From assembly GCA_965203835.1 (NCBI GenBank), contig OZ241919.1:3220188-3284187 (forward strand): a stretch of DNA of 64,000 nucleotides, read 5' to 3'. Source of the DNA: Dehalococcoidia bacterium (GTDB lineage Bacteria > Chloroflexota > Dehalococcoidia > Lucifugimonadales > UBA3495). A model generated the notes under the pieces. The model was given only the letters and a program-made list of their open reading frames with translations. It was not told the DNA's origin and ran no database searches. Shown one piece after another: positions 38,069 to 46,544 of the stretch (the stretch's first letter is position 1; each line of letters starts with the position of its first letter). Both the position numbers and the translations under genes were made by a program.

Positions 38069-38635
38069 CTATTTCTGTTGACGAAAGAGCCTCCAGACCG
38101 GAGTAGAGAAGCCGGGAAGCAGGTCTCCTCCATCCAGTTCGTCGTCCTCGGTCAAAGTCACCGGGTCCATGCCAAGCCGATATATCGTGACGGCCACACG
38201 GCCCGGGTCGGCCATCCACACTTGACGCGACCCGTAACGGAGCCACATCGCCGCCTTGTCGGCCAATTCCGCATAAGTGTTGCTGGGTGACTTGATCTCC
38301 ACGGCCAAGTCGGGGGCGAGCTCCGGGTAGCCTACGGTGTCTGATGGCACTCGCCTTGGGGAAATCCAGGACACGTCAGGCGCCCGAACGGTATCGGGGT
38401 TGCTTTCCAGCCGGTAATGAGGTTCCACGCAAAGACCGTCATAGCCGATGGACTCGCCATACAAGAACAGCAGCCCGCTTATCCTGCCGCCCACAAATCC
38501 GTGCAAATATCCTGGAGCCACTTTCTCGCTCAACACACCCCGAATCAACTCGTGCCTTCTGCCTTCATCCGGCATCAGCAGCAGTTCTTCGGCGGTAACC
38601 AGCTTGTGCTTGGTAGTCATCTTGCGGCGCACCAA
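38069..38635 (-). CDS. Uma2-family endonuclease, paralog 2
   Basis: HELIRGVL...APDVSWI...APDLAVEIKSPSNT...K...Y...G...VWMADP. Confidence 0.85.
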   Translation of the reverse strand: MVRRKMTTKHKLVTAEELLLMPDEGRRHELIRGVLSEKVAPGYLHGFVGGRISGLLFLYGESIGYDGLCVEPHYRLESNPDTVRAPDVSWISPRRVPSDTVGYPELAPDLAVEIKSPSNTYAELADKAAMWLRYGSRQVWMADPGRVAVTIYRLGMDPVTLTEDDELDGGDLLPGFSTPVWRLFRQQK

Positions 38636-38640
38636 GTGTG

Positions 38641-38667
38641 TGGATTCCCGCCCGCGCGGGAATGACG
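38641..38667. repeat. REP-like hairpin (loop variant CCGC)
   Basis: TGGATTCCCGCCCGCGCGGGAATGACG, between the aminotransferase stop and the Uma2 start. Confidence 0.9.
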
Positions 38668-38677
38668 GGCCAGGTTT

Positions 38678-39877
38678 CTAAGCGGCCAGGGCCTGCTGGG
38701 CGGCGGCCAGGCTGGCGCCTTGGGCTACTTCGTAGCCTTGAGCGGTGAGGATTCGCTCCAGGGCAGAGAGCAGGGCGAAGACGTTGGTTTCGCGGGCGGA
38801 GTCACCCATCAAGCCGATGCGCCACACCCTGCCGCGGAGTTCTCCCAATCCGCCGCCGACCTCGATGTTATAGTCCCGGAGCAGGGCGGCACGGACGACA
38901 GCGTCATCGATACCGTTGGGGATTACGGCGGTGGTCAGGGGATTGAGGCGGTGGTCTTGGTCGGCCAACAGACCGATGCCGATGGCCTGCAAGCCGGCAC
39001 GCAAAGCGGCGGCGACGCGGGCATGGCGGTCGAACCGTGCCTCCAGGCCCTCTTCCATGAGCATCCGGAGGGCTTCGCGGAAGGCGTAGGTCATGGAGAT
39101 GGGGGAGGTGTGGTGGTAGGCCCTGGCTTGGGACCAGTAGCTTTCCAGGTCCTTGATGCTGAAGTAGAAGCTCTGCACCTTGCTGGTACGATTGTTGACC
39201 ACCTCCATGGCCCGGGGGCCGAAGCTGACGGGGGCCAGTCCCGGAGGGGCGCCCAAGCACTTCTGGGAGGCGCTGTAGGACACGTCGATGTCCCAGTCGT
39301 CCAACCTGATGTCGTGGCTGCCGAGGGAGGTCACCGCGTCGACAATCACCAATGCGCCGTGGCGGTGTGCCAAGTCGACGATTTCCGGCAGGGGTGTCAA
39401 CACGCCGGTGGAGGTCTCGCCGTGGACCACACCCACGGCCTTGACTCGTGGGTGTTTCTGAAGCTCGGCTTCCAGGTCTTCCAAGGCTACGGGCTTGCCC
39501 CATTGGGCGTCGACGATATGGACCTCGGCCCCGCACCTCTCGGCAATGTCGGCCAGCCGTGCGCCGAAGTAACCGTTGCGGCAAACGATCATGGTGTCGC
39601 CGTGTTCCAGGATGTTGGCGCAGGCCGCTTCCATGCCGCCGGTGCCGGTGGCGGACAGGGGCAGCGTCATGGCGTTGGAGGTGTGGTACACCTCCCGCAG
39701 CATCTCTCCGACATCATCCATCACTTGGAAGAAGTCCGGGTCCAAGTGCCCCACGACCGGCAGTGTCATGGCTTGAAGGACACGGGGATGGACGCTGCTC
39801 GGGCCAGGCCCCAGAAGAATCCTGGAAGATGGCATCAACTCGTTCAGGTAGGATGTAGACAAGTCGCTTCGCTCCAA
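38678..39877 (-). CDS. Class-V PLP aminotransferase (serine-pyruvate / alanine-glyoxylate aminotransferase-like)
   Basis: LLGPGPSSVHPRVLQAM N-terminus and PLP lysine context SYSASQKCLGAPPG. About 400 aa. Confidence 0.85.
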   Translation of the reverse strand: MERSDLSTSYLNELMPSSRILLGPGPSSVHPRVLQAMTLPVVGHLDPDFFQVMDDVGEMLREVYHTSNAMTLPLSATGTGGMEAACANILEHGDTMIVCRNGYFGARLADIAERCGAEVHIVDAQWGKPVALEDLEAELQKHPRVKAVGVVHGETSTGVLTPLPEIVDLAHRHGALVIVDAVTSLGSHDIRLDDWDIDVSYSASQKCLGAPPGLAPVSFGPRAMEVVNNRTSKVQSFYFSIKDLESYWSQARAYHHTSPISMTYAFREALRMLMEEGLEARFDRHARVAAALRAGLQAIGIGLLADQDHRLNPLTTAVIPNGIDDAVVRAALLRDYNIEVGGGLGELRGRVWRIGLMGDSARETNVFALLSALERILTAQGYEVAQGASLAAAQQALAA

Positions 39878-39942
39878 AATTTAGAAACTACCGGAAAACC
39901 GAGTATTCTTGGCGGCATCCCGGCGTCGCTGACCCAGGGGCA

Positions 39943-40008
39943 TGGATTCCCGCCTTCGCGGGAATGACGTTGTTGCCCTGAAATGACGTCCCTGCGCGGG
40001 AATGACGG
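39943..40008. repeat. REP-like elements, one full copy plus one partial copy
   Basis: TGGATTCCCGCCTTCGCGGGAATGACG ttgttgccctgaaatgacgt CCCTGCGCGGGAATGACGG. Confidence 0.85.
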
Positions 40009-40040
40009 GTTGGGTAGCGTGGCAAGCTTTGAGATAGTTA

Positions 40041-40838
40041 CTACACGACTGCCGACACGCCGCCGTCGATGTTGACCGCGATGCCGGTGAGGTAGCTGGC
40101 CCTGTCGGAGGCCAGGAAGGCGATGACATCGCCAGCCTCTTCTGGCTCGCCGACCCGCCCGATGGGGACCGACCGGCCTTGGGCCAGTTGGTCGTAGAAC
40201 AGGTCTTCGCCAAGGCCGGGATCGGTTTGCAGCCGGGCCTCGTACCGCCTGCGGTGCTGGCCGCTCTTTATTAGACCGATGCAAACGGTGGACACCAGGA
40301 TGTTGTCCTGGGCCAGGTCCTTGGAAAGGCCCTTGGTGATGGCTATGCCGGCGGCGCGGGAAATGGAGGTAGGCATGGAATTGGCGCCGGGAGTGCGGCC
40401 TCCCAGGTTGGTCACGTTGATAATGCGGCCGCCGCCGACCTTGCGCATCTCCGGGATGGACTGCTGGATGAGCCTTACCGCGCCCCAGACCTTCAACTCG
40501 AAGTCGAACTCCCAGTCCTCTTGACTCACTTGCTCGAACCCCTTGGCCATGGAGGTCCCGGCGTTGTTGACCAGGATGTCCAGCCGCCCGAACCGGTCAA
40601 GGGTAGTCTGCACTACCCGCTCGGCGGTGTCGGCGCCGGTTACGTCGGCGGAGATGGGGATAACCGCGCCCTCGGTGGCGGCGCGGATTTCCTCGGCGGC
40701 CTCGTCGAGCATTTCCTGACCGCGGGCCACGATTACGACGTTAGCGCCCTCTTTGGACATGCTGAGGGCGGCGGCTCTGCCGATGCCGTCGCTGCCGCCG
40801 GTGATGATTGCTACTTTGTCCTGAAGTCCAAGGTCCAT
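40041..40838 (-). CDS. SDR-family protein with non-canonical active-site residues
   Basis: TGGSDGIGRAAA cofactor motif and NNAG are present. Where S...YxxxK is expected, I read VTN...T-SIS-R by hand alignment. The start is set at the ATG at 40838 behind GAGGAG. Confidence 0.8.
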   Translation of the reverse strand: MDLGLQDKVAIITGGSDGIGRAAALSMSKEGANVVIVARGQEMLDEAAEEIRAATEGAVIPISADVTGADTAERVVQTTLDRFGRLDILVNNAGTSMAKGFEQVSQEDWEFDFELKVWGAVRLIQQSIPEMRKVGGGRIINVTNLGGRTPGANSMPTSISRAAGIAITKGLSKDLAQDNILVSTVCIGLIKSGQHRRRYEARLQTDPGLGEDLFYDQLAQGRSVPIGRVGEPEEAGDVIAFLASDRASYLTGIAVNIDGGVSAVV

Positions 40839-41208
40839 GGGGAGAACTCCTCTGAAGGGATGGATCATGCTGGCCGTGGGCCATTATACAACATGTTGGA
40901 GGGTGGGGAGTGGGGGGAGGTGATAGTCGAAGGGTTAACGATGCTTGGAAGAGACGGAGGTTCTATCCTCCCCAACATCCAGAAATCGGGCAAATCACCC
41001 TATGAAGGGACAATCGCCGAGGTATGAAGGTTTCTGAATCCCTGTCGGGCGACTGGATTATCACTCTTGGATGTTGAATCCAAGTTGGACATCCGGCACC
41101 ACAAACGGGAAAACGGATATGTGAAACATAGCAACTGTGGATCAGAAGCGGGCTATGTTTTCACCACATCTCCCACAAGCCCAAACCTCGGCTAGGGATC
41201 CCCCGGTA

Positions 41209-41664
41209 CTAAACCACCGCTGGGTACAGAACCCCTTCACTGCGAACCAACGTTGCCAAGTCAGCCGCCACCTGCAGTGGATCATCCACCACAAATATCC
41301 CAGCGTGAGAATCATCCTTGGGTCCAGGCCGATGGACAACATTTGGATGAGCACCGCCATCCAAAACCATCGCACGTATGCGCTCGACGTTCAAGGTAGC
41401 GAACCTGCCCCTGGGCTTGATCGTCAACTTCGCACCAACCGCAATACGAATCTGAGCGATCGCCAAACCGTGGTTCAGAGATAACAGCTCCATCCAATTG
41501 ACCGAGGTCTCCCAACCGTTGAGGTGCTGCCTGAAATCAAAAGCATCAGGCAATACCTCATCCCGTGCAGGTGCCGCCCGCGCAACAATCGAGCTCGGCT
41601 TACAGTATCGTGTTACATGGTCAGATGAACGGATAGGAAGTTGAATCACCCTAGCATCAACCAC
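41209..41664 (-). CDS. Hypothetical protein (cassette gene 3, 151 aa)
   Basis: Third ORF of a tightly packed co-directional trio, overlapping gene 2 by 19 nt. No family recognised. Conspicuous residues: SDHVTRYCKPS, ETSVNW, DDSHAGIF. Confidence 0.6.
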   Translation of the reverse strand: MVDARVIQLPIRSSDHVTRYCKPSSIVARAAPARDEVLPDAFDFRQHLNGWETSVNWMELLSLNHGLAIAQIRIAVGAKLTIKPRGRFATLNVERIRAMVLDGGAHPNVVHRPGPKDDSHAGIFVVDDPLQVAADLATLVRSEGVLYPAVV

Positions 41665-42887
41665 CGCGTAAATTCGGAAACGGCTGTCAACACTGATTCC
41701 GCAGGGAGAACCCCGTTACACCGGAGACGGTCAAACCCATTAACCGGCGGACCTGAATTGGCTGCAAACCTTACTGAACCAGTCGGCTGGAACACCATGA
41801 CCAGAATGCCATCACCGTTGCCCCAGTAGCTAAAGCTACCAGAAGCTAGATCATCGTCCTTAACCGATCCCTTATCCACTTCCCGCCTTAAAATCCACGT
41901 GGCCGTCAAGCACCCGGTGGAATCCACACCCAAGCGGTCTGTCGCTAACTGTGGATTGGCCAACATAAACTGCTTCAGCGACTTCAAAGAATCAAACAAG
42001 ATCGGAGGCTCATCGGGATCATCAGCCTGAAGCTCATAAAGGTACTCCAATCGGTCACAAACAACCCCAAGACCACGAACCCGCATCTCTGACAAAGTAG
42101 GAACTGGCTCCTGCTGCTCCTGTGCTGGGAACTTTCCTTGCACTGATCCAGTACGGGTTACTGCTCCACCTAGCAACCTGCCTGTTGATCTCGGAGCCAA
42201 CATTATACGCTGGCCCTCCACGTCCAAGACCACCTTTGTACCGTCCCAGGTCACACCGTCCACCACAACCTCTCCTAACGGTGCCCAATGCCGCTCATCC
42301 AGGCCGAATGTGGACCGATTCAGCAAACCCGCCAAATACTCTAACTCGGGGCCTGTCCAGTGGGAATTATCATCGGTCAAGGCCGCACAGGCAGCCTGCC
42401 ACCATTTTTGAAAATCTTCCCGATCGACAGCCCTGCCGACTCCTCCCAACATCAACGCATATCCGCCACTCAATCCTATAGACTCCCCGATACCCTTTAT
42501 GAGTTCAGCAGTAGGCTTGCCGTGGAATTGATCATAGCCAACCTTACCCAAGTTGCTTAGCCCAGCACCACAAACCCGACCAGCTCCAAGGTCAAATTCG
42601 GAGTCCTTTACCATCTCAGGACCTAGCTTGGGCCGCAGTCCCCTTGAAGTCTCAGTATAGTTTGAGTAGGTTTCTACCCCACAAAATGTGGCCATATCCC
42701 TGAGACCGGGACGCAACTGCTCCTGTCCCAAGAAAGATGCAGGGTCATAAACAGTGTCCGCAACTACTTTGTTACCAAAAGTCAACCCGGAATCCAATAA
42801 AGTGGCACCCGAACGCTTCCGGCCAAAAAAGTCGATAGCGGTAGGCCTAGTCCTCGCAGTCGGTGAAGTCATGTTATTTGATACCAA
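41646..42887 (-). CDS. Hypothetical protein (cassette gene 2, 413 aa)
   Basis: Longest ORF in a lower-GC segment. It starts either at 42887 (14-nt overlap with gene 1) or at the ATG at 42872 (TAAcATG junction). It has a Gly-rich central segment (GAGLSNLGKVG ... GLSGGYALMLGGVG). No family recognised. Confidence 0.7.
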   Translation of the reverse strand: MVSNNMTSPTARTRPTAIDFFGRKRSGATLLDSGLTFGNKVVADTVYDPASFLGQEQLRPGLRDMATFCGVETYSNYTETSRGLRPKLGPEMVKDSEFDLGAGRVCGAGLSNLGKVGYDQFHGKPTAELIKGIGESIGLSGGYALMLGGVGRAVDREDFQKWWQAACAALTDDNSHWTGPELEYLAGLLNRSTFGLDERHWAPLGEVVVDGVTWDGTKVVLDVEGQRIMLAPRSTGRLLGGAVTRTGSVQGKFPAQEQQEPVPTLSEMRVRGLGVVCDRLEYLYELQADDPDEPPILFDSLKSLKQFMLANPQLATDRLGVDSTGCLTATWILRREVDKGSVKDDDLASGSFSYWGNGDGILVMVFQPTGSVRFAANSGPPVNGFDRLRCNGVLPAESVLTAVSEFTRWLMLG

Positions 42888-43488
42888 CCTTTGTCAACTG
42901 ACTGGTCAAGGTCTGCCGTTCCTCTCCAAAAAGAACCTGAATCTCATCGCTACTCAGTAACCTGTCAATGGGTTCACTCACATAGGCTCTGAACATAAAC
43001 CTGGATTCCCCAACAACCTCCACGTCAATACTATAGCTCTTGGAACCTTCCCTGTGAGAAAGCGTCATCAGATCACAGGACAGCCCAGTACCCAATTCGC
43101 TTCGCAACTCATCCCGCAGGAATCTTTGGCCAAGCCAATCCCCAGGGGACTCTCCACTGGTCATTTCCTGTTCGAAGAAAAAAATAATTTCGTATGACCG
43201 AGGATTCACATCGCCAAGCAATCCCAAAACGCTGGTAAGAACACCCGGTAACTTCTGTGAAGCTTCTTCTACGTTCCAGCTGAGGTCACGAACCTCTGTC
43301 CGATACGGAGACTGTAAAACCTCAATCTGGTCCCGGTGACTTATTACCCTGAAAGAATCCATAGAGGGATTTACAGACAGAGGCGGCCGTAAGAAACTGC
43401 GCAACGCTTCAGCCGAAAAATCCCCCGGCGTGCTCAGGGGATCATAGACTACAGCAACGGCACTACCGAGAAGATCATCAGGAGTCAT
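42874..43488 (-). CDS. Hypothetical protein (cassette gene 1, 204 aa)
   Basis: First ORF of the trio, 250 nt downstream of the trpB stop on the same strand. No family recognised. Confidence 0.65.
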   Translation of the reverse strand: MTPDDLLGSAVAVVYDPLSTPGDFSAEALRSFLRPPLSVNPSMDSFRVISHRDQIEVLQSPYRTEVRDLSWNVEEASQKLPGVLTSVLGLLGDVNPRSYEIIFFFEQEMTSGESPGDWLGQRFLRDELRSELGTGLSCDLMTLSHREGSKSYSIDVEVVGESRFMFRAYVSEPIDRLLSSDEIQVLFGEERQTLTSQLTKVGIK

Positions 43489-43738
43489 ACCTTAGTAACC
43501 TTTCCAAAAGGTAACTACGCAGAGCCGAGCGGCTCTGTTATCACGCCGCGATTGTTCCCTTTCCCGCACATTTTGTCAAGGAGCCAGTGCTACGCCCAAT
43601 GGCTTATTGCAATTTTACCAGTTTTATCGGGGGACTCGAAACTCTCACCTGACAAATCGGATGTGTATCCCACCCACTATCAAGCAATGCCAAATCCTCA
43701 AGCGACTCGTGTCGTGAGCACACCACCGAAGGATCAGC

Positions 43739-44947
43739 CTACATCTCTATCCCCGCGGCCTTGGCCACAATGTCTATGTCCTTGTCGCCCCTACCGCTCA
43801 GGCAGACGAGGACGGTCCGGTCCTGGGGGAGGGTTTTGGCGAGTTGGGCGGCGTGGTGGATGGCGTGGGATGGTTCTAGGGCGGGGATGATACCCTCGGT
43901 GCGGCAGAGGAGGTGGAAGCCTTCGAGGGCTTGAGAGTCGGTGACGCCGGTGTAGGCGGCGCGGCCGGACTCCTTCAGGTAGCTGTGCTCGGGGCCGACG
44001 CCGGGATAGTCGAGGCCCGCTGAAATGCTGTGGGTCTCGTGGACTTGGCCGTGTTCGTCCTGGAGCAGGTAGGACTTGGAGCCGTGGAGTACGCCGGTGC
44101 GCCCGGCGGTCAGAGTGGCGGAGTGCCGGTCGGTCTCAACGCCCTCGCCTCCGGCCTCGACGCCCACCAGCTTGACGGTGTCGTCGTTGAGGAAGGCGTG
44201 GAAAGCGCCGATGGCGTTGCTGCCTCCGCCGACGCAAGCGACCACGTAGTCGGGGAGATGTCCGGTGGTGTCGAGCATCTGCTGGCGGGCTTCCACTCCG
44301 ATGATGCGCTGGAAGTCACGGACCAGCATGGGGTAGGGATGGGGGCCGACGACGCTGCCGATGAGGTAGTGGGTGGTCTCGACGTTGGTGACCCAATCAC
44401 GGATGGCCTCGTTGATGGCGTCCTTGAGAGTGCGGGTGCCCGACTCCACGGGGATGACCTCGGCCTCCAAGAGGCGCATCCGGAAGACGTTCAGGGACTG
44501 CCTTTGAACGTCCTCGGCGCCCATGTAGACGATGCACTGGAGGCCCAGCATGGCGCAGGCGGTGGCGGAGGCGACGCCGTGCTGGCCCGCGCCAGTCTCG
44601 GCGATTATTCGCTCTTTGCCCATGCTCTGGGCCAAAAGGGCTTGTCCCAGGGCGTTGTTTATCTTGTGGGCGCCGGTGTGCGCCAGGTCTTCCCGTTTGA
44701 GATATATTTTCGCGCCGCCGCATTGCCGGGTGAGGTTCTCAGCATAGTAGAGGGGCGTGGGACGCCCAACGTAGGTGCTGAGGAGGTGGGCCAGTCTGGT
44801 TTGAAAATCAGGGTCTTCTCTGACGGCTGCGTAGGAGGCCTCCAGTTCCTCCAAGGCGGCCATGAGGGTTTCGGGGACGAATTTGCCTCCGAAGTCGCCG
44901 AAGTGGCCCTGTGCGTCAGGAAGAGTGGCGCGATTTTCAATTACCAT
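43739..44947 (-). CDS. trpB: Tryptophan synthase beta chain (TrpB1 type)
   Basis: [18 protein letters not shown] lysine in [11 protein letters not shown], and GGGSNAIG. Confidence 0.97.
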   Translation of the reverse strand: MVIENRATLPDAQGHFGDFGGKFVPETLMAALEELEASYAAVREDPDFQTRLAHLLSTYVGRPTPLYYAENLTRQCGGAKIYLKREDLAHTGAHKINNALGQALLAQSMGKERIIAETGAGQHGVASATACAMLGLQCIVYMGAEDVQRQSLNVFRMRLLEAEVIPVESGTRTLKDAINEAIRDWVTNVETTHYLIGSVVGPHPYPMLVRDFQRIIGVEARQQMLDTTGHLPDYVVACVGGGSNAIGAFHAFLNDDTVKLVGVEAGGEGVETDRHSATLTAGRTGVLHGSKSYLLQDEHGQVHETHSISAGLDYPGVGPEHSYLKESGRAAYTGVTDSQALEGFHLLCRTEGIIPALEPSHAIHHAAQLAKTLPQDRTVLVCLSGRGDKDIDIVAKAAGIEM

Positions 44948-44990
44948 GCTGGAAGACCTCTTTGAATGATTGAGCGCTGACTGCTGTTCT

Positions 44991-45650
44991 TCATGCGGAA
45001 GCGCGGCGGGCGTTTCGGATGAAATCGCGGATTTTCCGGTGGTCTTTTACGCCGTTGGTTTCGACGCCGCTGGAGACGTCCACTCCCCAAGGATATGCCA
45101 CAGCCACCGCGTCCGCTACGTTGTCAGGTGATAGCCCGCCGGCAAGCAGGAAGTTGTGGCCTTGTCGGGAAAGCTCCGCCGCGATGCTCCAGTCGAAGCT
45201 TTCTCCGGTGCCGCCCTGGAGTCCTTCGACCAACCGGTCCAGGGTGACCAAGTGGCCCGCTTTCACATGGGCCAGAATCCTGTGCGACAGTTCTTGCGTG
45301 GACTCCGATGACGCCTGGCCTTGGGGTATGTGCAGCACCTTGATGACCTGGGCGTTGGTGTTGCAGCAATAGTCCAGCGACTCCGCGCCGCATAGCTGGG
45401 CCATGTCCAGGTTGCAGGCGCCGATAGTGCGGTTGACTTCGGCGAGAGGTTGGTCGGCGAACAGACCGACGACCTTGGGAGGGGTTTCCAAGAAGTCTTT
45501 CAGTCCGGCCACAATCTTGCGGGCCGCGTCAATTTCCAAGCGTCTCCGGCGGCCCGGTACAAACACGAGGCCGATGAAGTCAGCCCCGGCCTCGGCAGCC
45601 ACCTGAGCGTCGTCAAGGGAGCGGATTCCGCAAATCTTGACCCGTGTCAT
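44991..45650 (-). CDS. trpF: Phosphoribosylanthranilate isomerase
   Basis: [15 protein letters not shown] ... ADFIGLVF ... LAGGL.P.NV. Confidence 0.92.
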   Translation of the reverse strand: MTRVKICGIRSLDDAQVAAEAGADFIGLVFVPGRRRRLEIDAARKIVAGLKDFLETPPKVVGLFADQPLAEVNRTIGACNLDMAQLCGAESLDYCCNTNAQVIKVLHIPQGQASSESTQELSHRILAHVKAGHLVTLDRLVEGLQGGTGESFDWSIAAELSRQGHNFLLAGGLSPDNVADAVAVAYPWGVDVSSGVETNGVKDHRKIRDFIRNARRASA

Positions 45651-46534
45651 GTGCTGGTCCTGAGTGGATTCCCGACTTCTCGGGAATGACAGGTTGGTGT
45701 GGAGGAATGACGGGAGGGGGTGAGTGTGGGGAAGACGGCGGTGGACAACTCGCGGACTTTTTGGGCCACATCCTTGGAGGTTACGATGGACTCGCCCACC
45801 AGGACGGCGTTGACGCCGTAAGCCGACAGGTCGCGCAGGTCGTCTGGTTCATGGATGCCGCTCTCGCTGACCAGGACCTTGTCATCGGGGACCAAGGGGG
45901 CCAGGTCGCGGGTGACTTGGAGGTCGGTTACAAAGGTCCTTAGGTCCCGGTTGTTGATGCCGATGATTTCCGCCCCGGCGTCCAGTGCCACCTGTACTTC
46001 GTAGGGGTCGTGCACCTCCACCAAGCAGTCCATTCCTAGGGAGCGAGCCAGTTGGAGATATTCTTTGATTTGGGAAGAAGTCAGGATGGCTACGATAAGC
46101 AGGATGGCGTCGGCTCCGGCTGACCGGGCTTCATGTACCTGGTAGGGATCGAAGATGAAGTCTTTGCGCAGTACCGGGGCAGCGTTGCTTTGACCTTGGA
46201 GATGGGCCGAGGCAGCCTTCACTTGGACGATGTGGTCCAGTTCGCCTTGGAACCGGGGGTCGGTGAGTATGGAGATTGCCGACGCGCCGTTGGATGAATA
46301 GGTGCGGGCCAGTTCCACCGGGTCGAAATCGGGCCGGAGCAGGCCGCGGGAGGGCGAGGCTTTTTTGACCTCGGCGATCAGGCGGACACCCCCGGCTTTG
46401 AGGGCATTGGACATGGACAGGGCCGGCGGTTGGGACGCTATCTTGTCGGTCAGTGCGCCCAAGGATACGGCGAGCTTCTGTCGGGCAAGTTCTTCGGTCT
46501 TGGCGGCGACTATTTCGTCGAGGATGTTCGGCAT
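45647..46534 (-). CDS. trpC: Indole-3-glycerol phosphate synthase with a ~31-aa REP-encoded C-terminal tail
   Basis: ILDEIVAAKTEEL ... IAEVKKASPS ... FIFDPYQV.EAR..GADAILLI ... GINNRDL. The start is set at the ATG at 46534. The last ~31 codons (…[14 protein letters not shown]) read through a REP copy and end in an ATGA overlap with trpF. Confidence 0.9.
   Translation of the reverse strand: MPNILDEIVAAKTEELARQKLAVSLGALTDKIASQPPALSMSNALKAGGVRLIAEVKKASPSRGLLRPDFDPVELARTYSSNGASAISILTDPRFQGELDHIVQVKAASAHLQGQSNAAPVLRKDFIFDPYQVHEARSAGADAILLIVAILTSSQIKEYLQLARSLGMDCLVEVHDPYEVQVALDAGAEIIGINNRDLRTFVTDLQVTRDLAPLVPDDKVLVSESGIHEPDDLRDLSAYGVNAVLVGESIVTSKDVAQKVRELSTAVFPTLTPSRHSSTPTCHSREVGNPLRTST
45665..45692. 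repeat. REP-like hairpin variant inside the trpC 3' end
   Basis: TGGATTCCCGACTTCTCGGGAATGACAGG. A second partial copy (GGAGGAATGACGGG) lies at 45711-45724. Confidence 0.85.
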
Positions 46535-46544
46535 ATCAGATTCT

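Noticed and set aside
38720-39967. A 415-aa ORF antisense to the class-V aminotransferase. Similar long antisense ORFs lie at 44030-44965 (trpB), 53084-54205 (transporter), 25671-26663 (TPR), 22847-23935 (amidohydrolase), 35274-36473 (glcE) and 30436-31185 (ATPase).
   Set aside because: All lie fully within, and opposite to, genes with clear family signatures. They have low-complexity, G/A/R/H/P-rich translations typical of shadow frames in high-GC DNA.
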